A DNA stretch of 51,370 nucleotides, from contig CAZWPQ010000006.1 of NCBI GenBank assembly GCA_964636085.1, forward strand, positions 14,075-65,444, in the 5' to 3' direction. The translations under genes were made by a program, and so were the position numbers. The notes beneath the pieces are model-generated. The model was not told the origin of the DNA. It ran no database searches and saw nothing but the letters and a program-made list of their open reading frames with translations. Source of the DNA: an uncultured Nitrososphaerota archaeon (lineage in GTDB: Archaea > Asgardarchaeota > Njordarchaeia > Njordarchaeales > Panguiarchaeaceae). Below are positions 8,702-18,136 of the stretch, one piece after another; the first letter of the stretch is position 1, and each line of letters begins with the position of its first letter.

Positions 8702-9901
8702 CTAGTCGAGATATATTTCCCTGTAAATGCTATCCTTAAGCAAGTATTCTTCGAGTACTTCTGTTGGTACCTCCAGTTTCAATATTCTCGTTCGGCCATA
8801 TCTCCCAAAGGATACTACCGTGGATGATATTATACCTAGTGTCTCGAGCTCAGCTATGTAGTCATTGAGTCTTCGAAGGGTTACTGTTGGTCTACCAATT
8901 CTTTTATTAAATGCATCAAATTCTTTCTTGACGGAACCCGTAGTTATCTTTCCATTTCCTTTTTTTGACAGAGATGCTAAAGCCAATAACAACAGTTGTT
9001 GATTAGGAGGCAATGCGGCCAGAATTTCACCTATTAAATTCTTCTCAACTTCGTTGCAAGCTTTTTTAACATGCTCGAGGGTAACAATATTACTTCCTTC
9101 CCTATCCGCTATTTCGCCAGATACTCTAAGCATATCTATAGCCCTTCTAGCATCCCCATCCCTTGCAGCCACAGCCGCCACATATCTGATGGCTTCATCG
9201 GATATACAACCATTATGAAATGCAAGGGTTGCTCTATGGAGAAGGATGTCATATAGCTGGCCCTGGCTGTAGGGAGAAAAAATTACAGTTTCCTCAGATA
9301 AACTTGAGAGAACTCTAGCATCGAGATAATCCCTAAATTTAACATCGTTTGTGATGCCAATTATGGACACTGAAGAGTTCCTAAGATCGCCGTTTAGCCT
9401 TGTGAATTGATAGAGTATATCATCGCCAGAAAATTTTACTAGCCAATCTATTTCATCAAAAACAACCACAAAAAAGTCGAATTTTTCTTCAAGTCTTTTA
9501 ACAAACATCGAAAAAATCACGTCAGTTGGCAATCCTGTCTTGGGAATTCTTAGACCAGAGTCTATTGCAACTTTTACTAATGCCCTATAATTGCTACGAT
9601 AAAACCTACAATTAACATATGAAAAACAAAATCTGATTTCATGCAAACGCGCTCTCTCATATAATTTTTTCATAACTAATTTCGTGACCGCAGTTTTGCC
9701 AGTACCAACTGGACCATATTCAAAAACATTACTGGGTCTTGTCCCCTTTATAATATTGGCCAAAATACCAGCCAATTTTAAGATTTCTTGTTCCCTATGA
9801 GGAAGCTCCTCAGGAATATAATCTATGGACAAAGCCTTTTTGTCTCTGAAAACAGATTTCCTGTTTAGGACTTTATCAAAAAACCTGTCAAGCAATGACA
9901 T
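8702..9901 (-). CDS. cdc6: Orc1/Cdc6 replication initiator
   Basis: DYIPEELPHRE, Walker A GPVGTGKT, Walker B VVFDEID, GDARRAID and C-terminal winged helix with GRYGRTR. Confidence 0.96.
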   Translation of the reverse strand: MSLLDRFFDKVLNRKSVFRDKKALSIDYIPEELPHREQEILKLAGILANIIKGTRPSNVFEYGPVGTGKTAVTKLVMKKLYERARLHEIRFCFSYVNCRFYRSNYRALVKVAIDSGLRIPKTGLPTDVIFSMFVKRLEEKFDFFVVVFDEIDWLVKFSGDDILYQFTRLNGDLRNSSVSIIGITNDVKFRDYLDARVLSSLSEETVIFSPYSQGQLYDILLHRATLAFHNGCISDEAIRYVAAVAARDGDARRAIDMLRVSGEIADREGSNIVTLEHVKKACNEVEKNLIGEILAALPPNQQLLLLALASLSKKGNGKITTGSVKKEFDAFNKRIGRPTVTLRRLNDYIAELETLGIISSTVVSFGRYGRTRILKLEVPTEVLEEYLLKDSIYREIYLD

Positions 9902-10096
9902 TTCTATTCCACCAACTGGTTCACTTCACATCGAAGAATTTTAAGTATAGGTAATATGCTAACACTACACAGTTACTTTTAAAAAAGTGCGTATTAAAAC
10001 CGCCCATTATAAGTAGTAGGAAACTTTATAAAGAAGAAAACTATGATAAAAATCATCAAAAGATTGAATAAAAAAGCATGCCTACGGTGATGTTTT

Positions 10097-10351
10097 TTGA
10101 TATGCCCTAAGTGTGGGACACCTATGGAAAGGAGGGAGGTCAAATCCAGTAGAGCACTCTATGTATGTCCTGTATGTGGACATACACAGACCGTTAAAAT
10201 TGACAAGAAACCAAGAATTACTGGGATTAAGATCCAGATTGACCGAAAGGGAGAAGGAGTTATTGAAGAACATAAAAGAAAGGTACAAATAACGGAGGAA
10301 GAACTTGAGAGGGTTCTCGAAATACTTGAAAGTTCAGAGATCTCAGCTTAA
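10097..10351 (+). CDS. Zn-ribbon protein, TFS/Rpo15-like N-terminal ribbon only
   Basis: MICPKCG...YVCPVCG followed by a basic linker and an acidic helix; no C-terminal QTRxxDE ribbon. Confidence 0.65.
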   Translation: MICPKCGTPMERREVKSSRALYVCPVCGHTQTVKIDKKPRITGIKIQIDRKGEGVIEEHKRKVQITEEELERVLEILESSEISA

Positions 10352-13269
10352 TCGCCTTGGAAAATGATTATAGGCCTTGCTGGCAGTGCTCTAGTTGCCC
10401 TATCCCTTATATTTTCTTCTGAATTTTCTTCGAAAATTATCTCAATATCCCCCACACCTAATTCATCACATATGTACTCCTTCGCCTCACCTATTATCGC
10501 GAACTCATCCTCTGCCGAGGGAATTACATCAGGTATTTGAATTTTCCCTCCCAAGACGCGTTGAACTATTCTAGATGCCTCCTTCGAATTCGCCTTAATG
10601 CTATCATTGCGCATCAGATTCTTCATTATCACGCCCATCCGTCTCTCACCTGTTGAAATTAGCTCATGCATCACTTTAAATAGCTCATACTTCCATTTTG
10701 CAGCGATAACAATAATTGCTCTTCTCGGTTTCATCTTTAGAACCCTTAAGAGATTCCTCCCTAAATCCACAAGATTCATAACAACCAACTCAAGCACTTC
10801 AATTGTCTTATCGATGTAGCCAACTTTTGGTTCGGGCCATTGTGCCATGTTTATGCTCCATTTACTGGGGTCCTTGTTTATGATAGACCATACCTCCTCG
10901 CATATGTGGGGGATTATCGGGCTTAAACATGTTATCCAATCCTCCAAAATTATTCTTACAATGCTTAGGTTACGATCCCTAGAAGACCGTCTCTTGTGAT
11001 AATTTAAATCATTCATGACCTCATAAAACATTGACACAACGAAATCGCGTATCTTGAAGTTTTCTAGTTGTTCTTTACCATACTCTAGTCTTCTGTAGAA
11101 CCGAGACAAAAACCAGCGGTCTATTCTAGTTAACCCCCCTGTCTCTAGCGGCAATTTAGCGGCTTCAAGTACTATTGATGCAAAATTCAACAGAGATTTT
11201 TTAAGATTTTCAACATCAGCTTCTCGCCAATCCACTATCCCATCTAAATCCGCGCCACTGGCAACATATAGCCTAAATAAATCCGCACTATACTTCTTAG
11301 AAATGTCAGCCAACGGGATAACATTCCCCCTCGATTTTGATATCTTTTTTCCCTCCCTAATTACGGTTTCATTAAGCGATATTGCCCTTGGCCAGTTATC
11401 AGATGGGAAAATAGCTACATGGTGCATAATAAAGAAAGTCAAATGATTGGTAATATGTGGAGTCGCTGTGTGTCTTAGATCATTCGGGTACCAATACTCA
11501 AAGCTTCTACGCATTTCATTTAAAGTATCCACAGGTATCCCTGATTTCTTAGAAACAGATATCGCATCTCCCTCACCTAAGAATACATAATCAAATACTT
11601 CTGGTATAAGTTTGTCAGGCTCTATTTCAGCTGCTCTAATTATGTGAGCTATTGTGTAGAAGGCCATGTATATTGTTGAGTCGCTAAGAGACTCGATCAC
11701 CCAGTTCTTATCGAACGGTAATTTTGTCCCAAGACCCCTTCCCCGTGCACAAGGACGCAGAGATAACCAATCTATTGTATCCTCAAATAACTTTCTATAT
11801 TTTTGCGGTATAATCTTCATTTTTCTTAGCCATTCTTTTGATTTATTCTTCCACCACTCCTGCGAGTAGTCTATGAACCACTGGTCCTTTATTCGAGCAA
11901 CAATTATTTTTCCTCCGCCCCTACATACAGCCTTCCTAGACGTTTCATAGAAAATAATTGCATTGCCCTCTTCTAATAATTTCCTCCTTACCTTTTCCCT
12001 TGCCTCTCTAACAGGTACACCTGCCAATTCTCCAGTATTTTCATTCATAACTCCATAATAGAACTGTTCCTTATAAACCTCCTCTGTAACCCCTTCAAGC
12101 TTTGGATCAAGCTGATTTTTTATACCCGCTTTTCTAACAGCATATTCAGCATGGAATCCCTCAATCCCAGGAACATCTATTATTTTTTTCGGCGTGATTT
12201 CCTTCACAGTTTCGGGGTCTAAACCATATTTCCTGACAATATCTGGATTTTTCTTTAGATCTTCCAATGCTACAAAATCATATGGAGCATCCGCAGGTTC
12301 CGAATAAACAAATCCCGACGCTATATCTGGATCCACAAACGAGGCGGGTAAAATTATTAGTTTATCTCCTAATGGACTTACAACGTGACCTCCGACAAAT
12401 GATTCCCCGCTCAACTCCTCGATTTTCTTATAATCATCTGGGTACTGATACATAATTTTTTCAAATGCCTCCTTTGAGATATACCAATTTTCGCCATAGC
12501 TTGTAGAAATCTTTAAATAGGTAGCATTGGGATTTACCCACATATTTGTCGCACCATAGATGGTCTCTGGCCTTAGCGTAGAGGCAAGTATATAGCCATC
12601 CTTGTACTTGAATTTTATAGCGACAAACTCCTGTATTCGGACCGGATTTACATCCCCATCCGCAATATCGTCCTCTCCAACACTCTGGTTGTGAAGCAAA
12701 CAGTACCTAACAAAATGTTCTCCCTTAACTATCAATCCATGTTCCTTCAATTTTTTATATTGCCACTCCACGAACTTATTATAGTATCGTTCAGCTGTAT
12801 GGAATCTGCGTCGCCAGTCTATACCCAGCCCAATTCTCTCGAAGTCCTTCCTTATGTTCTCAGCAAAAAATTTCGCCACATTCATGGGATCCTTAAATGA
12901 TCCTATAATCTCATCAATACCCTCCTTAACATAATATCCTACGTATTCCCTATACATCCTAATTACTTCCTTGTTTCCTCGGGCAATTCTATCGCTGATG
13001 GAAAGAACAGGCATTCCTGTCACGTGGAACGCCATTGGAAATAGAACATTGTATCCACATAGCCGCTTAAATCTAGCGATAATGTCGCCGATTATGTATG
13101 TTCTTCCGTGGCCAATATGGAGTGGACCACTCGTATATGGGTATGGGACAGTGATAAAGAATTTTGGTTTTGACTCATCTACTTCTGCATTATATATCCC
13201 CTTTTCCCTCCAAATTTTTTGCCATTTATCCTCAATCTCGCGTAGCATTTCTAATGTTACTTCCACCAA
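10348..13269 (-). CDS. leuS: Leucyl-tRNA synthetase (archaeal/eukaryotic type)
   Basis: PYPYTSGPLHIGH, STLRPET.YG.TN editing domain, IESLSDSTIYMAFY and KISKS. Confidence 0.97.
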   Translation of the reverse strand: MVEVTLEMLREIEDKWQKIWREKGIYNAEVDESKPKFFITVPYPYTSGPLHIGHGRTYIIGDIIARFKRLCGYNVLFPMAFHVTGMPVLSISDRIARGNKEVIRMYREYVGYYVKEGIDEIIGSFKDPMNVAKFFAENIRKDFERIGLGIDWRRRFHTAERYYNKFVEWQYKKLKEHGLIVKGEHFVRYCLLHNQSVGEDDIADGDVNPVRIQEFVAIKFKYKDGYILASTLRPETIYGATNMWVNPNATYLKISTSYGENWYISKEAFEKIMYQYPDDYKKIEELSGESFVGGHVVSPLGDKLIILPASFVDPDIASGFVYSEPADAPYDFVALEDLKKNPDIVRKYGLDPETVKEITPKKIIDVPGIEGFHAEYAVRKAGIKNQLDPKLEGVTEEVYKEQFYYGVMNENTGELAGVPVREAREKVRRKLLEEGNAIIFYETSRKAVCRGGGKIIVARIKDQWFIDYSQEWWKNKSKEWLRKMKIIPQKYRKLFEDTIDWLSLRPCARGRGLGTKLPFDKNWVIESLSDSTIYMAFYTIAHIIRAAEIEPDKLIPEVFDYVFLGEGDAISVSKKSGIPVDTLNEMRRSFEYWYPNDLRHTATPHITNHLTFFIMHHVAIFPSDNWPRAISLNETVIREGKKISKSRGNVIPLADISKKYSADLFRLYVASGADLDGIVDWREADVENLKKSLLNFASIVLEAAKLPLETGGLTRIDRWFLSRFYRRLEYGKEQLENFKIRDFVVSMFYEVMNDLNYHKRRSSRDRNLSIVRIILEDWITCLSPIIPHICEEVWSIINKDPSKWSINMAQWPEPKVGYIDKTIEVLELVVMNLVDLGRNLLRVLKMKPRRAIIVIAAKWKYELFKVMHELISTGERRMGVIMKNLMRNDSIKANSKEASRIVQRVLGGKIQIPDVIPSAEDEFAIIGEAKEYICDELGVGDIEIIFEENSEENIRDRATRALPARPIIIFQGD

Positions 13270-13294
13270 CTCGTACCACCAGAGAAACTAAATA

Positions 13295-13345
13295 TCAGTT
13301 CGGCTCTTCCATCATCATATCTTCAGAGACTGTCCGCTTCATCAT
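13295..13345 (-). ncRNA. Box C/D guide sRNA (D guide complementary to the 23S rRNA peptidyl-transferase region)
   Basis: ATGATGA-AGCGGACAGTCT-CTGA-AGAT-ATGATGA-TGGAAGAGCCGAA-CTGA, with all four boxes canonical. Confidence 0.9.
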
Positions 13346-13413
13346 TTAAATTACACAATAAATCTAATAGACACTTAAAATGTGTATAAAAAAGTATCCG
13401 TTTAAACCTTAGA

Positions 13414-15390
13414 TTACTGCGGAGTGCTATATTTACTAAACCTTGATACGATATACCTCAATATCTCGTCCTCCTCAGATCTGGAGACCAGTTTATAACC
13501 CGCAAACTCTAATTGCACACTAATTTTTCCTTGCGAGAGATCCCTGAGCCTACTTGCTATTCCTAATGATTTATAGACGGATATTAGCCCCATGATTTCG
13601 CACACATCATCCTTAATTAGATGCTCAATTATAGCCGCCCTAGACGATAATTCACTAATAATTTTTCCTAGAAATTCACAGTTGACACTTATACTAAACT
13701 TATAATAGGGCTGTATTATTCCCGTGGTTAAACTTGAAAGACATTTCGATAATAGACTAAAAATTTCCTCCTCTCGCACCTTTCTGATCGCCTCTATTTT
13801 TATCCTCATTCCTATAATGGGCTCTCCTATTCTTGGTCCACTCTTAATTGTTTCATTTATTATTGTCTCCACGACTCTTTCTTTGTCCTTTGGCAAACCA
13901 ATTAACTCGATTATGTTTTTACAATGCTCTATTAAACCCGACCTATCCTCATATATTGGTTGTATCTCTATATATAGACCATTAGATGAAGCCTCGACGC
14001 TATTTGTTATTAGTTCTTTAAACGCAACAAGTGGCTCTGTGTAGTATATAGGTACCTGTTCGTTTATTTTTTTGACAAGTAACTCAAGGTGAAGTTCCCC
14101 TATTCCATATAGCAAAATCTGACCTGTTCCGCTGGACACCTCTACACGGGCATTTGGATCCTCGATAACAATGTCATTTAATATTTCCTTGAGCTTACGA
14201 TACATCGAAAATTCTTTTGGCTCAATAGCGACAGCCAACACTGGGTATGCAAAATATCTTGGCCCCCTAAATTTGCCTTCTAATTCTCTATCCGAAAATG
14301 TATCTCCTGGCCGCGCATCAATAAAACATCCAAAAATATTCCCCGCGGGTACAATATCAATACTTTTGGCTTTTGATGCATGTAATATGAAGACTCCATA
14401 CAACTTTCTGATGGTACCGTCATTGAGCCTAATATAGTCCCCAGACTTAACACTCCCTGAAAACACTCGCCCCGTCACGAATATTCTTCCTTTCTCAGGC
14501 ACGGCTTTGCTTACATAGAATACTGTTGGACCTGTATTTGAGCAATCCATTAATTCATCTGTAGGCGATCCCTCCCATAGGTACTTGACACGAAGCCTCT
14601 GTGCTACTGACGGAGGGGGACAAGTTTTTGTCAGAACTTCTATAAGCGCTAGGCCAAGGGGGATTTCTTCTATTAACCCATAGGGATCCCTATTGTAGCA
14701 TCTTATGATGTCGCCAAACTTTATTCCTTTTTTGTGTGCTATGCTGTAAGTAAATCCCCATCCATGTAGTGCTGAGCAGAAAATTACTGTATCTTCCTTC
14801 GGATTTACCTGCCACGATGCTCTCAGCTTGGGGGGAGCATATCTGCTTATTAGATCGTTAAATCTTTTTATAATCATTGACAGCCTCGAGAAAATCTGTT
14901 CTTCATTTAACCTGAGTTCTGTTATTAACCTATCTATCTTGTTTATGCATAACACTGGCCTTACTACTTCCTCTAGAGCCAACCGCAAATAGGATTCTGT
15001 CTGAGCCATAATACCTTCTACAGCATCCACAACAAATATCGCTGAGTCAACAAGTCTAAATGCTCTCGATACTTTGCCAGAAAAATCAACGTGGCCTGGC
15101 GTATCGCATAAATGTATCAGATACCGTTTTTTGTCGTAAGTAACCTCAAAAGACATAACCGTAGTTTTCATAGTTATGCCTCTTCTTTGCTCTTCTAGCC
15201 AATAATCTAGGTATCTAGCCTTCCCAGCCAAGTCTCTTGATATTATCCCAGCTTCGGCCAATATGTGATCCGTCAATGTGGTTTTTCCATGATCAATGTG
15301 TCCAGCCACACCGACATTTCTAATGAATTCCTTATCGAAGAGTAATTTCATAACAATACACTCAAAGCTTGCTGATTCATAGGAAGTCAA
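13414..15390 (-). CDS. Elongation factor 2 paralog (aEF-2p-like translational GTPase)
   Basis: GHIDHGKTT, RGITM, DTPGHVDF, NKID and GIGELHLE. Short domain IV without the diphthamide loop. The start may be the ATG at 15351. Confidence 0.88.
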   Translation of the reverse strand: MTSYESASFECIVMKLLFDKEFIRNVGVAGHIDHGKTTLTDHILAEAGIISRDLAGKARYLDYWLEEQRRGITMKTTVMSFEVTYDKKRYLIHLCDTPGHVDFSGKVSRAFRLVDSAIFVVDAVEGIMAQTESYLRLALEEVVRPVLCINKIDRLITELRLNEEQIFSRLSMIIKRFNDLISRYAPPKLRASWQVNPKEDTVIFCSALHGWGFTYSIAHKKGIKFGDIIRCYNRDPYGLIEEIPLGLALIEVLTKTCPPPSVAQRLRVKYLWEGSPTDELMDCSNTGPTVFYVSKAVPEKGRIFVTGRVFSGSVKSGDYIRLNDGTIRKLYGVFILHASKAKSIDIVPAGNIFGCFIDARPGDTFSDRELEGKFRGPRYFAYPVLAVAIEPKEFSMYRKLKEILNDIVIEDPNARVEVSSGTGQILLYGIGELHLELLVKKINEQVPIYYTEPLVAFKELITNSVEASSNGLYIEIQPIYEDRSGLIEHCKNIIELIGLPKDKERVVETIINETIKSGPRIGEPIIGMRIKIEAIRKVREEEIFSLLSKCLSSLTTGIIQPYYKFSISVNCEFLGKIISELSSRAAIIEHLIKDDVCEIMGLISVYKSLGIASRLRDLSQGKISVQLEFAGYKLVSRSEEDEILRYIVSRFSKYSTPQ

Positions 15391-15403
15391 TTATCCCGCT
15401 TTC

Positions 15404-16264
15404 CTAAATCTCTTTAATGAACCTTCTTATGCCCTCTATTCTTTCTCCAAACCTATTTCGTAGGTTATCAATATTTTCTTCAAATATTGTCCTAGCAACC
15501 TCAACACTTATCTGGGACAATGTCATTATAAATTTGGTGACGTCCTCTACACTACTTTCATAAAGCCTTTTTGTGAATACCCCCCTCAACTCGGGGGAAT
15601 GCTCCATGACAAATTTCTTGGCAAATTCTTTATCGACAACATTTAGCCCGTCGATTAGACTTTCGATATCATTAAGGGAAACATCATGTATGCTTTCATT
15701 AAAGAGCCTCTCGATATTTCCTTGTATTTCCCCAAGAATTTTTCTAGCATGGCTCCTATCCACCAAGCCTAGACAGAGTAAAAATTTCCCTACAGAATAC
15801 ATTCCACTGTTCATCATTTTCGATTTTATGATGTTCAAACATTTATTGATAAACCACCCCTCATTTACACCTACGCAGTATATACCACTAATAACCCGGC
15901 CAATCTCTTCAAGAGACCCCGCCTCCATTTTCTCGAAAATCAGATGGCATGCCTTACCAATAATCTCATTGGCTAATTTGTATGCACCATCCATATTAAT
16001 TGCTTTTAAAACACACAACAACTCGCCAATATCCCCTATCTCTGACCCCCCAATCCCCCTGATCACAAAATCAATGATCCGTGGCAAGTGCTCAATCACA
16101 AGTCTTTCAGCTATACGAATATCTATTATCGCTATCTTCCTTAGAAATATCAGAAGTCTTGGTACTGAGCCCCTCTCCAGTATATCTATTAGCATATTCT
16201 TTATCTTCTCTGGATTCTTTGACAACAGGACCTCGTACATGCAAAACCCCAGAAATTTCATCAA
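15404..16264 (-). CDS. Hypothetical alpha-helical repeat protein
   Basis: About five ~45-aa repeats of the type S-(L/I)-x-D/E-I-G-x-L-L...L-x-x-(V/I)-D/N-x-x-x-A. Confidence 0.7.
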   Translation of the reverse strand: MMKFLGFCMYEVLLSKNPEKIKNMLIDILERGSVPRLLIFLRKIAIIDIRIAERLVIEHLPRIIDFVIRGIGGSEIGDIGELLCVLKAINMDGAYKLANEIIGKACHLIFEKMEAGSLEEIGRVISGIYCVGVNEGWFINKCLNIIKSKMMNSGMYSVGKFLLCLGLVDRSHARKILGEIQGNIERLFNESIHDVSLNDIESLIDGLNVVDKEFAKKFVMEHSPELRGVFTKRLYESSVEDVTKFIMTLSQISVEVARTIFEENIDNLRNRFGERIEGIRRFIKEI

Positions 16265-16314
16265 CCTTTATATAGAAAATTTAGTTTTAACTGAATAAAC
16301 TAAGAGGGTGGGTA

Positions 16315-16626
16315 ATGGCTTCAAGGAAAACATTTGGATTAGATTTTAAGCAACGTTTGGCCCTAATTACAAAAAAAGTTAGAATATTCACTGAGACCCG
16401 CAAAAAAACCCACGTCGTCACGATAATTCAGGGATTGAATGACAAAAATATTGATATAAAGTCTATCGCCAAAAGTCTCAAAAAGCACTGCGCCACTGGT
16501 GGCACATTTAAGGATGATCCACGATATGGAAAAATCATTCTTCTACAGGGGGATCATGTACATAAAGTAAAGGAATTTCTTTCCAAGAAACTAGGAATAC
16601 CTGAACAAAATATTGAAATACTTTAA
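16315..16626 (+). CDS. Translation initiation factor SUI1/aIF1
   Basis: VTIIQGL, LKKHCATGGT and ILLQGDH. Confidence 0.95.
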   Translation: MASRKTFGLDFKQRLALITKKVRIFTETRKKTHVVTIIQGLNDKNIDIKSIAKSLKKHCATGGTFKDDPRYGKIILLQGDHVHKVKEFLSKKLGIPEQNIEIL

Positions 16627-16757
16627 GACATTCTAAGGTATATTTAGTTCAATAAGTTATGTCTCTCTTTATTTTTTTATGACAAGAGCAGATATAGAAA
16701 TTTCTACATTTCTGGATCATCTCCACTTCACTTTAAATTTTATTTATTTGTTTCTAA

Positions 16758-17183
16758 ATGGGTGATCCAAAAATGGGCTCAGAGGATATAACATATCGGC
16801 CTATCGCTACATTAAAGATTGGAGCGTGGATAATGCTTGATGGAGAACCATCTAAAATCGTAGAGATCAGTAAATCTAAACCTGGTAAGCATGGCGCTGC
16901 TAAAGCTAGAATCGTTGCCATAGGGGTGTTCTCTGGGCAAAAGAGAACAATAATAAAATCAACTGGAGACAAAATAGAAGTGCCGATTATAAAGAGAAAG
17001 GATGCACAAGTACTTGGAATAAGAGGCAAATATGTGGAGCTAATGGATCTAGAAACATTCGAAACATTTGAGGCACCAGTTGCTGAGGAGGATTTGCTCA
17101 AAAGAATAGAGGCCGGATCTACCGTTGAGGTTTGGTTCTTAGCTGGTAAACCCCTCGTTATGAGGGCTAGAAGAGTCGAATAG
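16758..17183 (+). CDS. eif5a: Translation factor aIF5A
   Basis: Hypusine-site motif SKPGKHGAAK; LMDLETFETFE. Confidence 0.97.
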   Translation: MGDPKMGSEDITYRPIATLKIGAWIMLDGEPSKIVEISKSKPGKHGAAKARIVAIGVFSGQKRTIIKSTGDKIEVPIIKRKDAQVLGIRGKYVELMDLETFETFEAPVAEEDLLKRIEAGSTVEVWFLAGKPLVMRARRVE

Positions 17184-17186
17184 TAT

Positions 17187-18122
17187 GTGGTATTGATGTC
17201 AGAGGATATGTTAAAATCATTGGAGCAGGCGAGAAAAACACTTGCCATGATTATCGCCTCTCTAGACACAATAGTAAAGCCTAAAGCTAAGCTTGTAGAC
17301 ATAGCTGAACACATAGAGAATGAAATATCTTCCCATGGATGCATGTGGGCTTTCCCAGTAAATACCTGTATTGGTTCAATAGCAGCCCATTACACTCCTA
17401 TTGCAGGAGAGGACTCAACTCTCCCTGAGGACGAAATTATTAAAATTGATTTCGGTGTGGCTGTTAATGGTTACATTTTAGACAAAGCGATTTCGTTTTA
17501 CTTTGGAGACGACGAGAAAAAGAAGTCCTTGATCGAAGTAGCCAATGAAGCTGTTGATCTAGCTATATCCAAGATTGGGCCTGGTGTTCAATTTATGGAT
17601 ATCGCCGCTGAAATACATGATTTTGTAAAATCAAGAGGATTTAAAGTTATTAAGAATCTACATGGCCATAAGTTGGAAAAATGGAAACTACATACGGACG
17701 TGGAAATACCCGTACATCCCGAAATCAAGCAGCACGGAGTATTTATTGAAGGCGAAACATATGCAATAGAGGTTTTCGTAACAGATGGAGAGGGACTTGT
17801 TGAAACCATCGATGATCTAAGAATATACTCGCTCCCTAATTTCTTGATAGACTTAGAGAGATTTAAGTTGCCCATACACCTAAGGGCGGCGAGGGATATA
17901 TTTAACTGGGCTTGGAGAAACAGAAAAACCCTTCCGTTTAGTATTCGGCACCTACAGAAAACATTTGATGAACCAACAATCAAGATTGGTTTAGCTGTGC
18001 TTGGGCAATATGGGCTGATAGTCAATTATCACGTTCTGAAAGAAAAACAAGGAACTGTGGCCCAAGCCGAGGAAACGATTCTAGTCAAAAAGGATGGTGT
18101 GGATATACTAACTAGACCATAA
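17187..18122 (+). CDS. map: Methionine aminopeptidase type II
   Basis: AFPVN, AAHYTP, KIDFG...D.A, NLHGH, YAIE.F and VAQAEET. Confidence 0.95.
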   Translation: MVLMSEDMLKSLEQARKTLAMIIASLDTIVKPKAKLVDIAEHIENEISSHGCMWAFPVNTCIGSIAAHYTPIAGEDSTLPEDEIIKIDFGVAVNGYILDKAISFYFGDDEKKKSLIEVANEAVDLAISKIGPGVQFMDIAAEIHDFVKSRGFKVIKNLHGHKLEKWKLHTDVEIPVHPEIKQHGVFIEGETYAIEVFVTDGEGLVETIDDLRIYSLPNFLIDLERFKLPIHLRAARDIFNWAWRNRKTLPFSIRHLQKTFDEPTIKIGLAVLGQYGLIVNYHVLKEKQGTVAQAEETILVKKDGVDILTRP

Positions 18123-18136
18123 TTCCCCCAACATCA

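Noticed and set aside
9902-10096. Replication origin (ORB elements) beside cdc6
   Set aside because: AT-rich, but no repeated TCCA-x-TGGAAA/G-string ORB motifs are visible on either side of cdc6.
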